From: Bdellovibrionota bacterium
GTDB taxonomy: Bacteria > Bdellovibrionota > UBA1018 > CAIPTA01 > JAALKR01
Assembly: GCA_965207455.1 (NCBI GenBank)
Contig: CBDBMJ010000001.1
Coordinates: 1,216,001-1,280,000 of the forward strand
DNA length: 64,000 nt
Reading direction: 5' to 3'
Part shown: one piece after another, positions 21,340 through 30,206 of the stretch
Position numbering within the stretch: the stretch's first letter is position 1
Layout: every line of letters starts with the position of its first letter
Notes under the pieces: model-generated
Database searches by the model: none
The model's input: the letters and a program-made list of their open reading frames with translations, nothing else
What the model was told of the DNA's origin: nothing
Program-made: the position numbers and the translations under genes

Positions 21340-21798
21340 TTGGAGCAGAGCATCGCAAATGAAAGATTGATAAATATGTCGCCTGAAAAAGTAAAACATT
21401 TAGAGTTTATTCAAAATGTAGTCACTAGAATGAATACAAACTCTTTTCAAGTAAAAGGATGGAGTATTGTTATAGTTTCTGCATTAATGGCTATTTATGC
21501 ATCCACACAAAATAATTGTTTTTTTCTTACTTCAATATTCCCAGCTTTAATATTTTGGTTTTTAGACGCTTATTATCTGAATCAAGAGCGAAAGTTTAGA
21601 GGTCTTTATAATGATGTTGCTGGTGTTACAGATAAACCAAAAGAAATAAAACTTTTTGCAATGAGACCAGATTTATATATAGGCGGGAAGTATTCATACT
21701 GGAATACATTTTTTTCTATTACTATTTCAATGCTGTATTTACCAATAATAATTATTTTAACGGGTATTTTTCTATATTTTGAATTTTACATTAAATAA
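21340..21798 (+). CDS. Three-TM membrane protein (HLEFIQ…KGW…FWFLDAYYL type), TIR-associated; start may be ATG 21376
   Basis: Three hydrophobic segments; its stop is 13 bp upstream of the TIR gene. Confidence 0.8.
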   Translation: MEQSIANERLINMSPEKVKHLEFIQNVVTRMNTNSFQVKGWSIVIVSALMAIYASTQNNCFFLTSIFPALIFWFLDAYYLNQERKFRGLYNDVAGVTDKPKEIKLFAMRPDLYIGGKYSYWNTFFSITISMLYLPIIIILTGIFLYFEFYIK

Positions 21799-21811
21799 AG
21801 GAGTATAAATT

Positions 21812-22303
21812 ATGGCAAGAAAAACATTTTTTAGTTTTAAGTATTATGGGGACGTATCGAGAGCTATGGTGGTTAGGAATAGTTGGGTAACAAAAAAAGA
21901 AGAAGCAGTTGGCTTTATTGATTCTGCTGATTTTGAAAAAGTTAAGCAACAGGGGGATATAGCAATAAAAAACTGGATAGGCGCACAATTAAAAGGAACA
22001 TCTGTAACAGTAGTTTTGATTGGTGAGAAAACATCTACTAGTCGCTGGGTTATATATGAGATTAGAGAAAGTATTAAAATGAAAAATGGACTAGTGGCAA
22101 TTTTCATTAATAATATTCCTGATTTTAATAAAAAGGTATCAAAAAAAGGTAAGAACCCATTTGTTGAGCACTTTTCTTTTGGACCAAGTACGTCCGTTAA
22201 TCTAATTTATCCATGCTGCACTTACTATGATTGGATTCAGCATAATGGACATAAAAATATAGGGGCTTGGATTGAAAAGGCAGCAAAAGATGCCGGAAGA
22301 TAA
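21812..22303 (+). CDS. ThsB-like TIR-domain protein (MTH538/DUF1863 type)
   Basis: KTFFSF, VVRNSW, GTSVTVVLIG and RWVIYEIRES motifs; AAGGAG RBS. Confidence 0.9.
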   Translation: MARKTFFSFKYYGDVSRAMVVRNSWVTKKEEAVGFIDSADFEKVKQQGDIAIKNWIGAQLKGTSVTVVLIGEKTSTSRWVIYEIRESIKMKNGLVAIFINNIPDFNKKVSKKGKNPFVEHFSFGPSTSVNLIYPCCTYYDWIQHNGHKNIGAWIEKAAKDAGR

Positions 22304-22534
22304 AATACTTAACAATTGTCAATCAGAGTCAAGTGAAATTTGTTTTCACAAATGCTTCTTGACAGACTGATAATTACCTCCCAGCCTATGCGTTAAGTAG
22401 GGTATCAGGATGAGTGACTTTTTTTACGCTTTTCGTACACAAAATCAAAATAAAGAACAGAAGCCCCTGCCCATCTCCAGCACAAAATAAGCAAGGGCAC
22501 TTCAAGCTAAATTACCAATGCACCTTGAGAGGCT

Positions 22535-22732
22535 CTATTTCGCCCACTCTGGGTCAAATTTCTCACTGATAATGATGGGCTTCCAGTTTACTTTTAAGAG
22601 CTGTCTGCGGTACTCCCTGAGGCGCACAAGGCAGTCCTTGGTTTCGAGGCAGCCTTCGAGTGCGGAGCTGCTGCTCAATCCGAGGTCGAGCAGTATGGTG
22701 ATGATGATTAGTTTGATTAGTAGTCTGTACAT
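22535..22732 (-). CDS. Small exported hypothetical protein (signal peptide, two Cys)
   Basis: Strong AAGGAG RBS and a hydrophobic N-terminus. Confidence 0.55.
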   Translation of the reverse strand: MYRLLIKLIIITILLDLGLSSSSALEGCLETKDCLVRLREYRRQLLKVNWKPIIISEKFDPEWAK

Positions 22733-22820
22733 AGTTGTTCTCCTTTTTGTTTTTGTTATTTTCGCTCTTTGTTAAATCATGAGATATTGAATACGGAAGA
22801 AACGTCTGACTATTTTTGTC

Positions 22821-22891
22821 GTATGACTTTTGAGCGAGTCATACAACGGGTCATACAAAGTCATACAGAACACCCTGATTTGCCCTGATTT
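22821..22891. repeat. Short repeats next to att (candidate integrase arm/Xis sites)
   Basis: GTCATACA x3 (22838, 22850, 22860), inverted GTATGAC (22821) and CCCTGATTT x2. Confidence 0.55.
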
Positions 22892-23017
22892 TACCTGTTA
22901 TCAGGTGAGAATGCCCCCTATGCAAATATTAAATATGGACTTCTAATCTCTCGGTTTTATTGTGTTTTTCGTGTTTCTGTTGATTTAAGTGATTTTCTTG
23001 AAGATGATGCTATGAGT

Positions 23018-23092
23018 TGGCTGGGGTGGTAGGATTCGAACCTACGAATGCTGGAATCAAAATCCAGTGGCTTACCACTTGCCGACACCCCA
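23018..23092 (-). tRNA. tRNA-Gln (TTG)
   Basis: TGGGGTGTCGGCAAGTGGTAAGCCACTGGATTTTGATTCCAGCATTCGTAGGTTCGAATCCTACCACCCCAGCCA forms a cloverleaf with encoded CCA. Confidence 0.97.
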
Positions 23093-23147
23093 ATAAATAT
23101 AAATCTTTTTCCTCACGCTCCTTCATGCTCCCTCAAGTTCTCTTCAT

Positions 23148-24359
23148 TTATCTGCGCATCCAAGAGCAAAGCAACCCCGTTCTATTAGGATTGTATACAT
23201 TTTGTCTCTGACTCTTAAAATTTTGCAGGTTAGAGCGATTTCCCACTCGCACAGAAAGCTTTCTTTTTTTACCGTTCCTTAAAGTTAAAATTCTTACCGT
23301 TTTACCCGGACGAATGGAAGTAATTTTTTTTGTTAAGTCGAGAGGAGATTTTACGGGCTTTCCATCTACTTGTAAAATAATATCGCAAGGACGCATACCA
23401 CTTTCCTGTGCAGGGTTGCCGTTAGCCACTCCCGTAACCACCACACCCTCTACAGAAGGGTCCAAGGTGGAATTCTTTTTTAACTCTTTTGTAAGAGCAT
23501 CCATCTGTATGCCTATATAACCACGATTAACCATGCCCGTGGTTTTTAAATCCGGAAGAATCTTTTTTACATAATCCACCTGAATAGCAAATCCAATTCC
23601 TGTTGCTGTTTGCTTGTTCCCAAAAACAACCGTGTTTACTCCCACAACTTCGCCTGAAGTATTGATAAGCGGTCCACCACTATTGCCCGTATTAATATCC
23701 GCATCTGTTTGTATATAGTCCGCAAACTGAGAGGTGGGAAGCACACGTCCCTTAGCACTCACTATTCCTTGGGTAATAGAGGAGGTTAGCCCCAAAGGAT
23801 TTCCAATGGTCATTACAAATTCCCCAACCTCTAAGTCTAGACTGCTACCTAAGGGTGCTGCTATTAATTTTTCTTTCGTATTGATTTTAAGAAGCGCAAT
23901 ATCTCCCTCCACATCCCGACCAATTACTTGAGCTGGAATGGGGTTTTTCTTACCAAATAACAATACCTCGTAACTGGCTTTTGTAATGGCTTGCTCGCGA
24001 TTGGGTGGGGGAACCACATGATAGTTTGTGATGATGAGACCCTCTTTTGCGTCAATAATAAATCCAGAGCCTAGACTGCGCACAATGCGTCCTGCGGGAG
24101 GTGTCTGAGGAATCCCTCCAAAAAAATCCTCCAACAATCGACGATGGAAGGGATGAAATTGAAACCCTCCCTGCATCCTCTGAGCTGTGGTATTAATGGT
24201 AACCACGGTAGGGCTAAGCATTTTATACAGCTTTACATACAGGTTTTGAATATTATTGGTTACGGGTTTACGAGAACTTTTACCTGCAAGAGTGGCCACC
24301 GTAAAACCAGCGAGAACAACAATTGTGGCTATCCATAAAGAGTAATAGAGCTTTTTCAC
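23148..24359 (-). CDS. HtrA/DegP-like serine protease with one PDZ domain
   Basis: SLGSGFII, TNYHVV, IQTDADINTGNSGGPL and PDZ motifs. Confidence 0.93.
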   Translation of the reverse strand: MKKLYYSLWIATIVVLAGFTVATLAGKSSRKPVTNNIQNLYVKLYKMLSPTVVTINTTAQRMQGGFQFHPFHRRLLEDFFGGIPQTPPAGRIVRSLGSGFIIDAKEGLIITNYHVVPPPNREQAITKASYEVLLFGKKNPIPAQVIGRDVEGDIALLKINTKEKLIAAPLGSSLDLEVGEFVMTIGNPLGLTSSITQGIVSAKGRVLPTSQFADYIQTDADINTGNSGGPLINTSGEVVGVNTVVFGNKQTATGIGFAIQVDYVKKILPDLKTTGMVNRGYIGIQMDALTKELKKNSTLDPSVEGVVVTGVANGNPAQESGMRPCDIILQVDGKPVKSPLDLTKKITSIRPGKTVRILTLRNGKKRKLSVRVGNRSNLQNFKSQRQNVYNPNRTGLLCSWMRR

Positions 24360-24604
24360 TTCTTCTTACTTTCATCTAAAAATTTTGTACGACACTCAAA
24401 TAAAAGACTCTCCAACAACTTCGATTCATCTTGGGAAAGGTTATTTTTTGTTTTTTCTTTTAACAACTCCAATAGGGCAATATTGTGATGGGCCATTCCC
24501 AGGTCCACCTCCTGCTTGCCCGTGTCTGGCTTAGGAGCTAAACCCAAACTCATCATGGCAGCCGAGGCTAGGGACATAATAAATGTGGAAAAGTCAATAT
24601 TCAT
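24356..24604 (-). CDS. DUF1844-family protein
   Basis: FSTFIMSLASAAMMSLG…IALLELLKEKTKNNL pattern. Confidence 0.8.
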   Translation of the reverse strand: MNIDFSTFIMSLASAAMMSLGLAPKPDTGKQEVDLGMAHHNIALLELLKEKTKNNLSQDESKLLESLLFECRTKFLDESKKK

Positions 24605-24657
24605 ATACTCAAATCCCAGTGGAACACAGGGAGATTATAGCAAATTTCAGGCACTTA

Positions 24658-25407
24658 TCAAGTAAGAGAAAGGGCAATGAGTTTTTCTATGCGATTTTCA
24701 AAGGACGGATGGGTAAAACCGTAGAAAAAGAGATTGTTTATTGGACTGGGGGAAATCAAAAAAAGATGCTCCATGGCTAAGTTTTGCTCATGGGGAATGA
24801 TGCGACTGCTCAGACTTGCCATTTTTTGTAGCGCTCTGGCCAAAACGCCCGGTTGCTCAAAAATAGTGGCAGCATAGTGATCTGCCTTATAGCAACGACG
24901 CGGGTCGACTAAAAAGCAAATCAAGGACAGGGATAGCAAATAAAACAAAAAGGATATTCCCATGGGTATTTTCCTTCGAGACATATAGGCAAACGGAAGG
25001 ACCAAAAAGCTAGCAATGGGACACATGCGAAAACTCCTAAGTTTTACTTGAGCCAAGCAAAGTCCTAAGATTTCCTTCAACTCCTGTTGGGAAAGGAGTT
25101 GCAGCAAGCCCTCAGTTAGTACCACCTTGGAGTGTTTTTTTCTCCAGCAAGAAACAATAAAAGCATTGGGGAAAGAGTCGCGACAAATGAAAATTTGTGG
25201 ACAGGGAACATTTATTTTTTCTGCCAACGATTCCAACATTGCATAAAGGTTTTTTCCGTCAATACTTTCCGACTCCAAAGCATGTGTATGGGAATAAAAA
25301 AAAATTCTATCGACAGTGAAAATATAAATAAAAATTATTAGAGGTAACAGCAATGAAAAAATCAAATAGTAATGATTAAAGATGAACTCTCCCATATAAA
25401 TATCCAT
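24658..25407 (-). CDS. HtpX/M48-like membrane protein lacking HEXXH
   Basis: PNAF, TEGLLQLL, ADHYAA, LARALQK and THPSFENRI motifs. Confidence 0.75.
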   Translation of the reverse strand: MDIYMGEFIFNHYYLIFSLLLPLIIFIYIFTVDRIFFYSHTHALESESIDGKNLYAMLESLAEKINVPCPQIFICRDSFPNAFIVSCWRKKHSKVVLTEGLLQLLSQQELKEILGLCLAQVKLRSFRMCPIASFLVLPFAYMSRRKIPMGISFLFYLLSLSLICFLVDPRRCYKADHYAATIFEQPGVLARALQKMASLSSRIIPHEQNLAMEHLFLISPSPINNLFFYGFTHPSFENRIEKLIALSLT

Positions 25408-25478
25408 ATTCTCTTAGAATAATTCCTCTGAATCAATATGTAAAACCTGCCTCCCTAACACTGAAGACATACTTTTTT

Positions 25479-26828
25479 TTATTTGCCAATCAAGGCTCTG
25501 TATACGTTGAGACGACCACCAGACTTTACCTTGCCTCGCAAGCCAGGCACTTTGGTGGAAAAGTCTAATAACCTTTTCTTTATTTCCAAATACCCTGCAC
25601 CGGGAAAGTGGGACCATAGCAGGGCTGCTGCGCCAGCAACATGGGGAGCTGCCATAGAGGTTCCTCTTTTCCTTTTGTACTTTCCTCCAGGCACTGTGCT
25701 AAGTATGGAGAGTCCAGGAGCTGCTATGTGGACACTCTTCTTACCGTAGTTAGATCCAGGCAGCAGATTATCTTGATAACCTGTTGCACTCACAGAAATT
25801 ATATTATCAAGGCGCATACTAGCTGGCCACAAAGGAACCTTATCGATATTCACACCGTCATTTCCTGAGGCTGTCACAAACAACACTCCTTTTTTTCTTG
25901 CATAATTAATGGCACTTTCTTGTGCCTTACCCTCTATCTCTTTATCACCTACGGATTGAGAAATAATATGAGCACCACGTTCCACAGCATAGTACATGCC
26001 ATGAATAAAATTTGATACAGGACTAGGCGTATGCCTATTAAAAACTCGAACGACCATAATAGATACTTCTGGAGCCACACCACTGATACCTATACCATTG
26101 CCTCCAACAGCGCCAATAGTGCCAGCACAATGGGTTCCATGCCCATCAAAATCATAAGGGAGATTATCGTTATTCAAAAAATCCCAGCCCACAATATCTC
26201 CTGTTATGGGATCACCTGAGGCGTTTATGCCAGATAATATGCTGTCGGAATGGGGATTCCTCCATATATTGTAGGAAAGGTCCGGATGATTATAGTCCAC
26301 TCCAGAATCCAATACAGCAACAACCACTTTTTTTGATCCTCGCTCTATTTTCCATGCCTTGTGTGCAGAAATAGCCTTTAATCCATGGAGATGTCTAAGA
26401 TTAGGATCCTGCTTGCCATTGGGGTGCCCTATGATAGGTCCAATAGTAGATTTCTTTTTATTTCTTGAATCGACAGTCGAAGTAAAATCATCGCTGTTAC
26501 TGTGGAGAAGGTAATTGTGTTCAGCAAACTCAACAGCAGGATTACGATTCAGTTCATCTATTACTTCCTGAGCACTTGTGATGCTCGTATCCAATGCAAG
26601 GTGATACATACCCATATCTACCCCACCAAGAGGGCTTATACTTACCACACTTAAACTCTCGTATAATGTATTGAGCTCATCCTTGGAAAGAACCTCCCCC
26701 TTCTTATATTGAACAAGCACCTCTCCCTTTACATAGGACTCTCTCGAGGCTGCTGGGCTGGAGCTAGCCCATAGAAATATAATAAGTATTTCTATGCATA
26801 CAATGGTTTTTTTGCCTGCTTTTATCAT
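25479..26828 (-). CDS. Subtilisin-like S8 serine protease
   Basis: VAVLDSG, HGTHCAG and GTSMAAPHV catalytic triad. Confidence 0.95.
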   Translation of the reverse strand: MIKAGKKTIVCIEILIIFLWASSSPAASRESYVKGEVLVQYKKGEVLSKDELNTLYESLSVVSISPLGGVDMGMYHLALDTSITSAQEVIDELNRNPAVEFAEHNYLLHSNSDDFTSTVDSRNKKKSTIGPIIGHPNGKQDPNLRHLHGLKAISAHKAWKIERGSKKVVVAVLDSGVDYNHPDLSYNIWRNPHSDSILSGINASGDPITGDIVGWDFLNNDNLPYDFDGHGTHCAGTIGAVGGNGIGISGVAPEVSIMVVRVFNRHTPSPVSNFIHGMYYAVERGAHIISQSVGDKEIEGKAQESAINYARKKGVLFVTASGNDGVNIDKVPLWPASMRLDNIISVSATGYQDNLLPGSNYGKKSVHIAAPGLSILSTVPGGKYKRKRGTSMAAPHVAGAAALLWSHFPGAGYLEIKKRLLDFSTKVPGLRGKVKSGGRLNVYRALIGK

Positions 26829-26986
26829 GTTTCACCGCGTTATTATTCATGTCTTTTCTAGGTAAAGAAATATGAATATAGCGAGTGCGACAGTTGGTGT
26901 CAATTTATTTTTTTATTCAGGACCAAGCCACGAATGATCCATTGGCCTAATATTCCATTGGCCCGTAGTCCTAGCTGCTATACTTT

Positions 26987-28483
26987 TTATATACCCTTCA
27001 ATGCTTTGTATATGTTGAGACGGCCATTGCTCCTCAGCTTGCCTTGCAAATTAAATAATTTGTCGGAAGACTTCAGCAACTTTTGCTTTATTTCCAAATA
27101 GTTTGCATTGGGAAAATGGGACCATAGCAGGGCCACTGCACCCGAAACATGGGGAGTTGCCATAGAGGTTCCACTTATTCTTTGATACGCATTATCCGGC
27201 ATTGTACTTGCTATTCCAACTCCAGGAGCCGCTATATGGACACTATTCTTACCGTAGTTAGAAAAAGATGCCAAATTACCTCGAGAATCTGTTGCTGCCA
27301 CAGAAATCATATTACTTATACGAAAGTTAGCCGGCCAGTGCGGAAACTCATCATTATTAACAGCTTCATTTCCTGCGGCGGCTACAAACAATACGCCATT
27401 TTCTCTTGCATAGTTAATCATGCTTTGCGCTGCTCTGCTGGGCGGCGCATTGAGCACATTCCCCTCCTCGTCCACGATTGGACCTCTACCCAAAGAGTAG
27501 GAAATAATGTTCGCACCACGATCCACGGCATACATCATGCCCTTAATAGAGTTTGATAAGTACGCACTTCCATCACGAGCAATCCTAACAGCCATAATAG
27601 AGACTTCTGGAGCAACACCGGTAACACCCATGCCATTGTTTCCAACAGCACCAATAGTGCCAGCACAATGGGTTCCATGCCCATCAAAATCATAAGGAAG
27701 GTTATCGTTACGAATAAAGTCCCAGCCCACAAGATCTCCTGTTATTGGATTACCTAGAGGATTTATTCCAGATAAAAATGTATTACTACGAGGATTTTCC
27801 CACATATTGTAGGAAAGGTCCGGGTGATTATAGTCCACTCCAGAATCCAATACGGCAACAACTATATTCTTCGATCCTCGCTCTATTTCCCACGCTTTGT
27901 CTGCCTGAATAGCAAATAATCCATGGAGAAGGTGAAGACCAGGATCTTGGATACCATTGGGTTGTCCTACAATAGATAAAAGAGAAGGTTTAGCTCTTAA
28001 TGGTCTACAGCCCTTTGGATCATCTACGCCTGGAAAGAGGCAGTCTTCCGGCGACCTTCTGTCAATTGCATTTTCATTGGGATCGTCACCTGAACCGTCA
28101 CTTATAACAATATCATCATAGTAGAAAATATAGTTAGGCTCCACGTACTCAATGGCAGGATTATTTTTCAGATCATCTACCACCTCTTGTACACTTTTCG
28201 ATCCCACATCCAACACGAGATGTTCCATACCCTTAGCTACTTCAGTAAACGGACTTACACTCAATACGCCTAGCTTATTATATAATGTATTGATTTGATT
28301 TCTGGAAAGAATACTTCGAGTGTCTTCCTTATATTTAATAATCACCTCTCCCTTTACATACGATTCTTTCGAGGTTGCCTGACTACTCCATAGAAATATA
28401 CTCAGTATAGTTCCCACACATGCAAGGAGTGTTTCGTTTTGTGTTTCGTTTTGTGTTTCGTTTTGTATTCCGTTTACCATCAT
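26987..28483 (-). CDS. Subtilisin-like S8 serine protease (paralog)
   Basis: VAVLDSG, HGTHCAG and GTSMATPHV catalytic triad. Confidence 0.95.
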   Translation of the reverse strand: MMVNGIQNETQNETQNETLLACVGTILSIFLWSSQATSKESYVKGEVIIKYKEDTRSILSRNQINTLYNKLGVLSVSPFTEVAKGMEHLVLDVGSKSVQEVVDDLKNNPAIEYVEPNYIFYYDDIVISDGSGDDPNENAIDRRSPEDCLFPGVDDPKGCRPLRAKPSLLSIVGQPNGIQDPGLHLLHGLFAIQADKAWEIERGSKNIVVAVLDSGVDYNHPDLSYNMWENPRSNTFLSGINPLGNPITGDLVGWDFIRNDNLPYDFDGHGTHCAGTIGAVGNNGMGVTGVAPEVSIMAVRIARDGSAYLSNSIKGMMYAVDRGANIISYSLGRGPIVDEEGNVLNAPPSRAAQSMINYARENGVLFVAAAGNEAVNNDEFPHWPANFRISNMISVAATDSRGNLASFSNYGKNSVHIAAPGVGIASTMPDNAYQRISGTSMATPHVSGAVALLWSHFPNANYLEIKQKLLKSSDKLFNLQGKLRSNGRLNIYKALKGI

Positions 28484-28708
28484 AATTAATCCTTTTTTTA
28501 CTGTTTACACGGTTTCCATCTGTAGAAGCCAAAGGTTAACGTATTTTTCAATCTATGTAATGACCCCCAAAGTTAAACTATTTTTCCATATAAAAATTAT
28601 AGGGTTCCTTCGCGTCACTCTCTTATCCTCCATGTCGCGATGGATAAATGCTCTGTGGCGTGACTCTTTTTCTCTACACAACTAAAGAAAAGGCAGGCAA
28701 AAATAAAT

Positions 28709-29299
28709 ATGAATAGTGTCAAAAAAAAACTTAGCCAGCGTTTTTACCAACAGGATACCGCCTTGGTAGCTCGTAAGCTCTTGGGAAAAAAACTAGTGTA
28801 CCGAATAAAAAATCAATGCCTTGCTGGCATGATTGTGGAAACTGAGGCGTACTTGGGAGCAACGGATCCCTCTTGCCATTCTTTTAATAATAAAAGAACC
28901 CCACGTACAGAGATTATGTTTGGAGTGGGTGGACATTGCTATGTTTATTTCACCTATGGAATGCACTATTGTTTGAACGTGGTTACTGCCAAAGAAGGTC
29001 GACCCGAGGCCGTGCTTCTCCGATCGATTATACCGTTAGAGGGAATTACCACTATGGAGAAAAAAAGAAAACTAAAAAACAAGCCACTCGCTCAGCTCAC
29101 CAACGGTCCAGCTAAGTTATGCCAAGCACTTGGCATCAACAAAGATCTCAACGGGCATTCCCTACTCAGTAATACAATTTATATTGAACACTGTAAGCGT
29201 TTTAAAGAGAGCGACATTAAAATCTCTCCGCGAATAGGTTTAAACCCAAATCATAAAAGTGCTAACTGGCCCCTGCGTTTTTATATAGAGCCTAGCTAA
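28709..29299 (+). CDS. mpg: 3-methyladenine DNA glycosylase (MPG type)
   Basis: IVETEAY, YVYFTYGMHYCLNVV and GPAKLCQAL motifs. Confidence 0.93.
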   Translation: MNSVKKKLSQRFYQQDTALVARKLLGKKLVYRIKNQCLAGMIVETEAYLGATDPSCHSFNNKRTPRTEIMFGVGGHCYVYFTYGMHYCLNVVTAKEGRPEAVLLRSIIPLEGITTMEKKRKLKNKPLAQLTNGPAKLCQALGINKDLNGHSLLSNTIYIEHCKRFKESDIKISPRIGLNPNHKSANWPLRFYIEPS

Positions 29300-30206
29300 A
29301 CCAAGAGTTCCAAGCCATGGCAGCTTTAAGGGGCCAGGGCTTGGGATCGACGAGCACCTGTTCCGCACCTCTGGAAACATGGTTTCGTAGGTATTTCCAG
29401 GCACTGCTGGCATTTTCTTTTTCCTGGATCGAACAGCACTGATCCCACATTTTTCTTGTGAAGAAAAAGGCGTAGGTGGGTGTTTGGTAACGATGTTCGC
29501 ACCAGTGAACAAAGCGAGGAGCTATTTCTCTATCGTCGAATATTTCCAGTTGACTACGCCAATCGAATTTCGACCAGTCCGGGTCGAAAAAAGAATATAG
29601 ATCGGGGCCATGAAATTCCAAAATTTGTGTTTCAATATCAGACTTGGTTTTATCTATAATACTAAAAAGTAACAGTTTTCTTACGGGTAGCATGGAGGCC
29701 AGTAAGGGATGAAAGGTATCGAGTAAAAAATTGGGTTGGGGAAAATATGGCTCCATGGGTTTTTCTCCATAAAAAGAAAGAGAGGGATTTTTCCCCTTGG
29801 TGCCTGTGGTACCTTTGGTGCCTGTGGTACCTTTGGTGCCTGTGGCACCTTTGCCGTCAATACCCAGTATTTTTCTCAATTCCATGATTTGCACATAGTA
29901 GGAATCCCGGCCCTCCTGTGGTGACGTAACCATGGCCAATGCCTTCAGCACATCTTCCCTTTGGATCACCGTCATACCCTTGGCTTGGTAACGCCTACAA
30001 AACAGATCATAAACTGAGTCCATGTTTTCCAAACGCATATCCCTATCTCGAAAGATATTTTTTTTATTTTGTGGTGTTTTGTTCACACTTCCATGAATGA
30101 GTCGGTTCTCAAAGGATAGGGCAAGCACGGCTTTTTGCTTCGCAGGCGTCCAGCCCAATAGGCGATTAAATTTATGGTAGTTACGTCGCTGATCCATGGT
30201 GCTCAT
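29292..30206 (-). CDS. Hypothetical protein with a GTKGTT repeat
   Basis: Long ORF coupled to the upstream gene; start uncertain. Confidence 0.6.
   Translation of the reverse strand: MSTMDQRRNYHKFNRLLGWTPAKQKAVLALSFENRLIHGSVNKTPQNKKNIFRDRDMRLENMDSVYDLFCRRYQAKGMTVIQREDVLKALAMVTSPQEGRDSYYVQIMELRKILGIDGKGATGTKGTTGTKGTTGTKGKNPSLSFYGEKPMEPYFPQPNFLLDTFHPLLASMLPVRKLLLFSIIDKTKSDIETQILEFHGPDLYSFFDPDWSKFDWRSQLEIFDDREIAPRFVHWCEHRYQTPTYAFFFTRKMWDQCCSIQEKENASSAWKYLRNHVSRGAEQVLVDPKPWPLKAAMAWNSWFS

Larger units (their letters stand above)
12329..23031. mobile_element. Integrative element in the tRNA-Gln 3' end
   Basis: Direct repeat GTTGGCTGGGGTGGTA at 12329-12344 and 23016-23031. A tyrosine integrase ends 78 bp from the left copy. 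Confidence 0.9.

Noticed and set aside
12329..23031. Prophage or canonical Thoeris call
   Set aside because: No virion genes, and no ThsA-type SIR2/SLOG/Macro gene.
23017..23211. ORFs overlapping the tRNAs (also 53240-53561)
   Set aside because: They are shadows of the tRNA genes.
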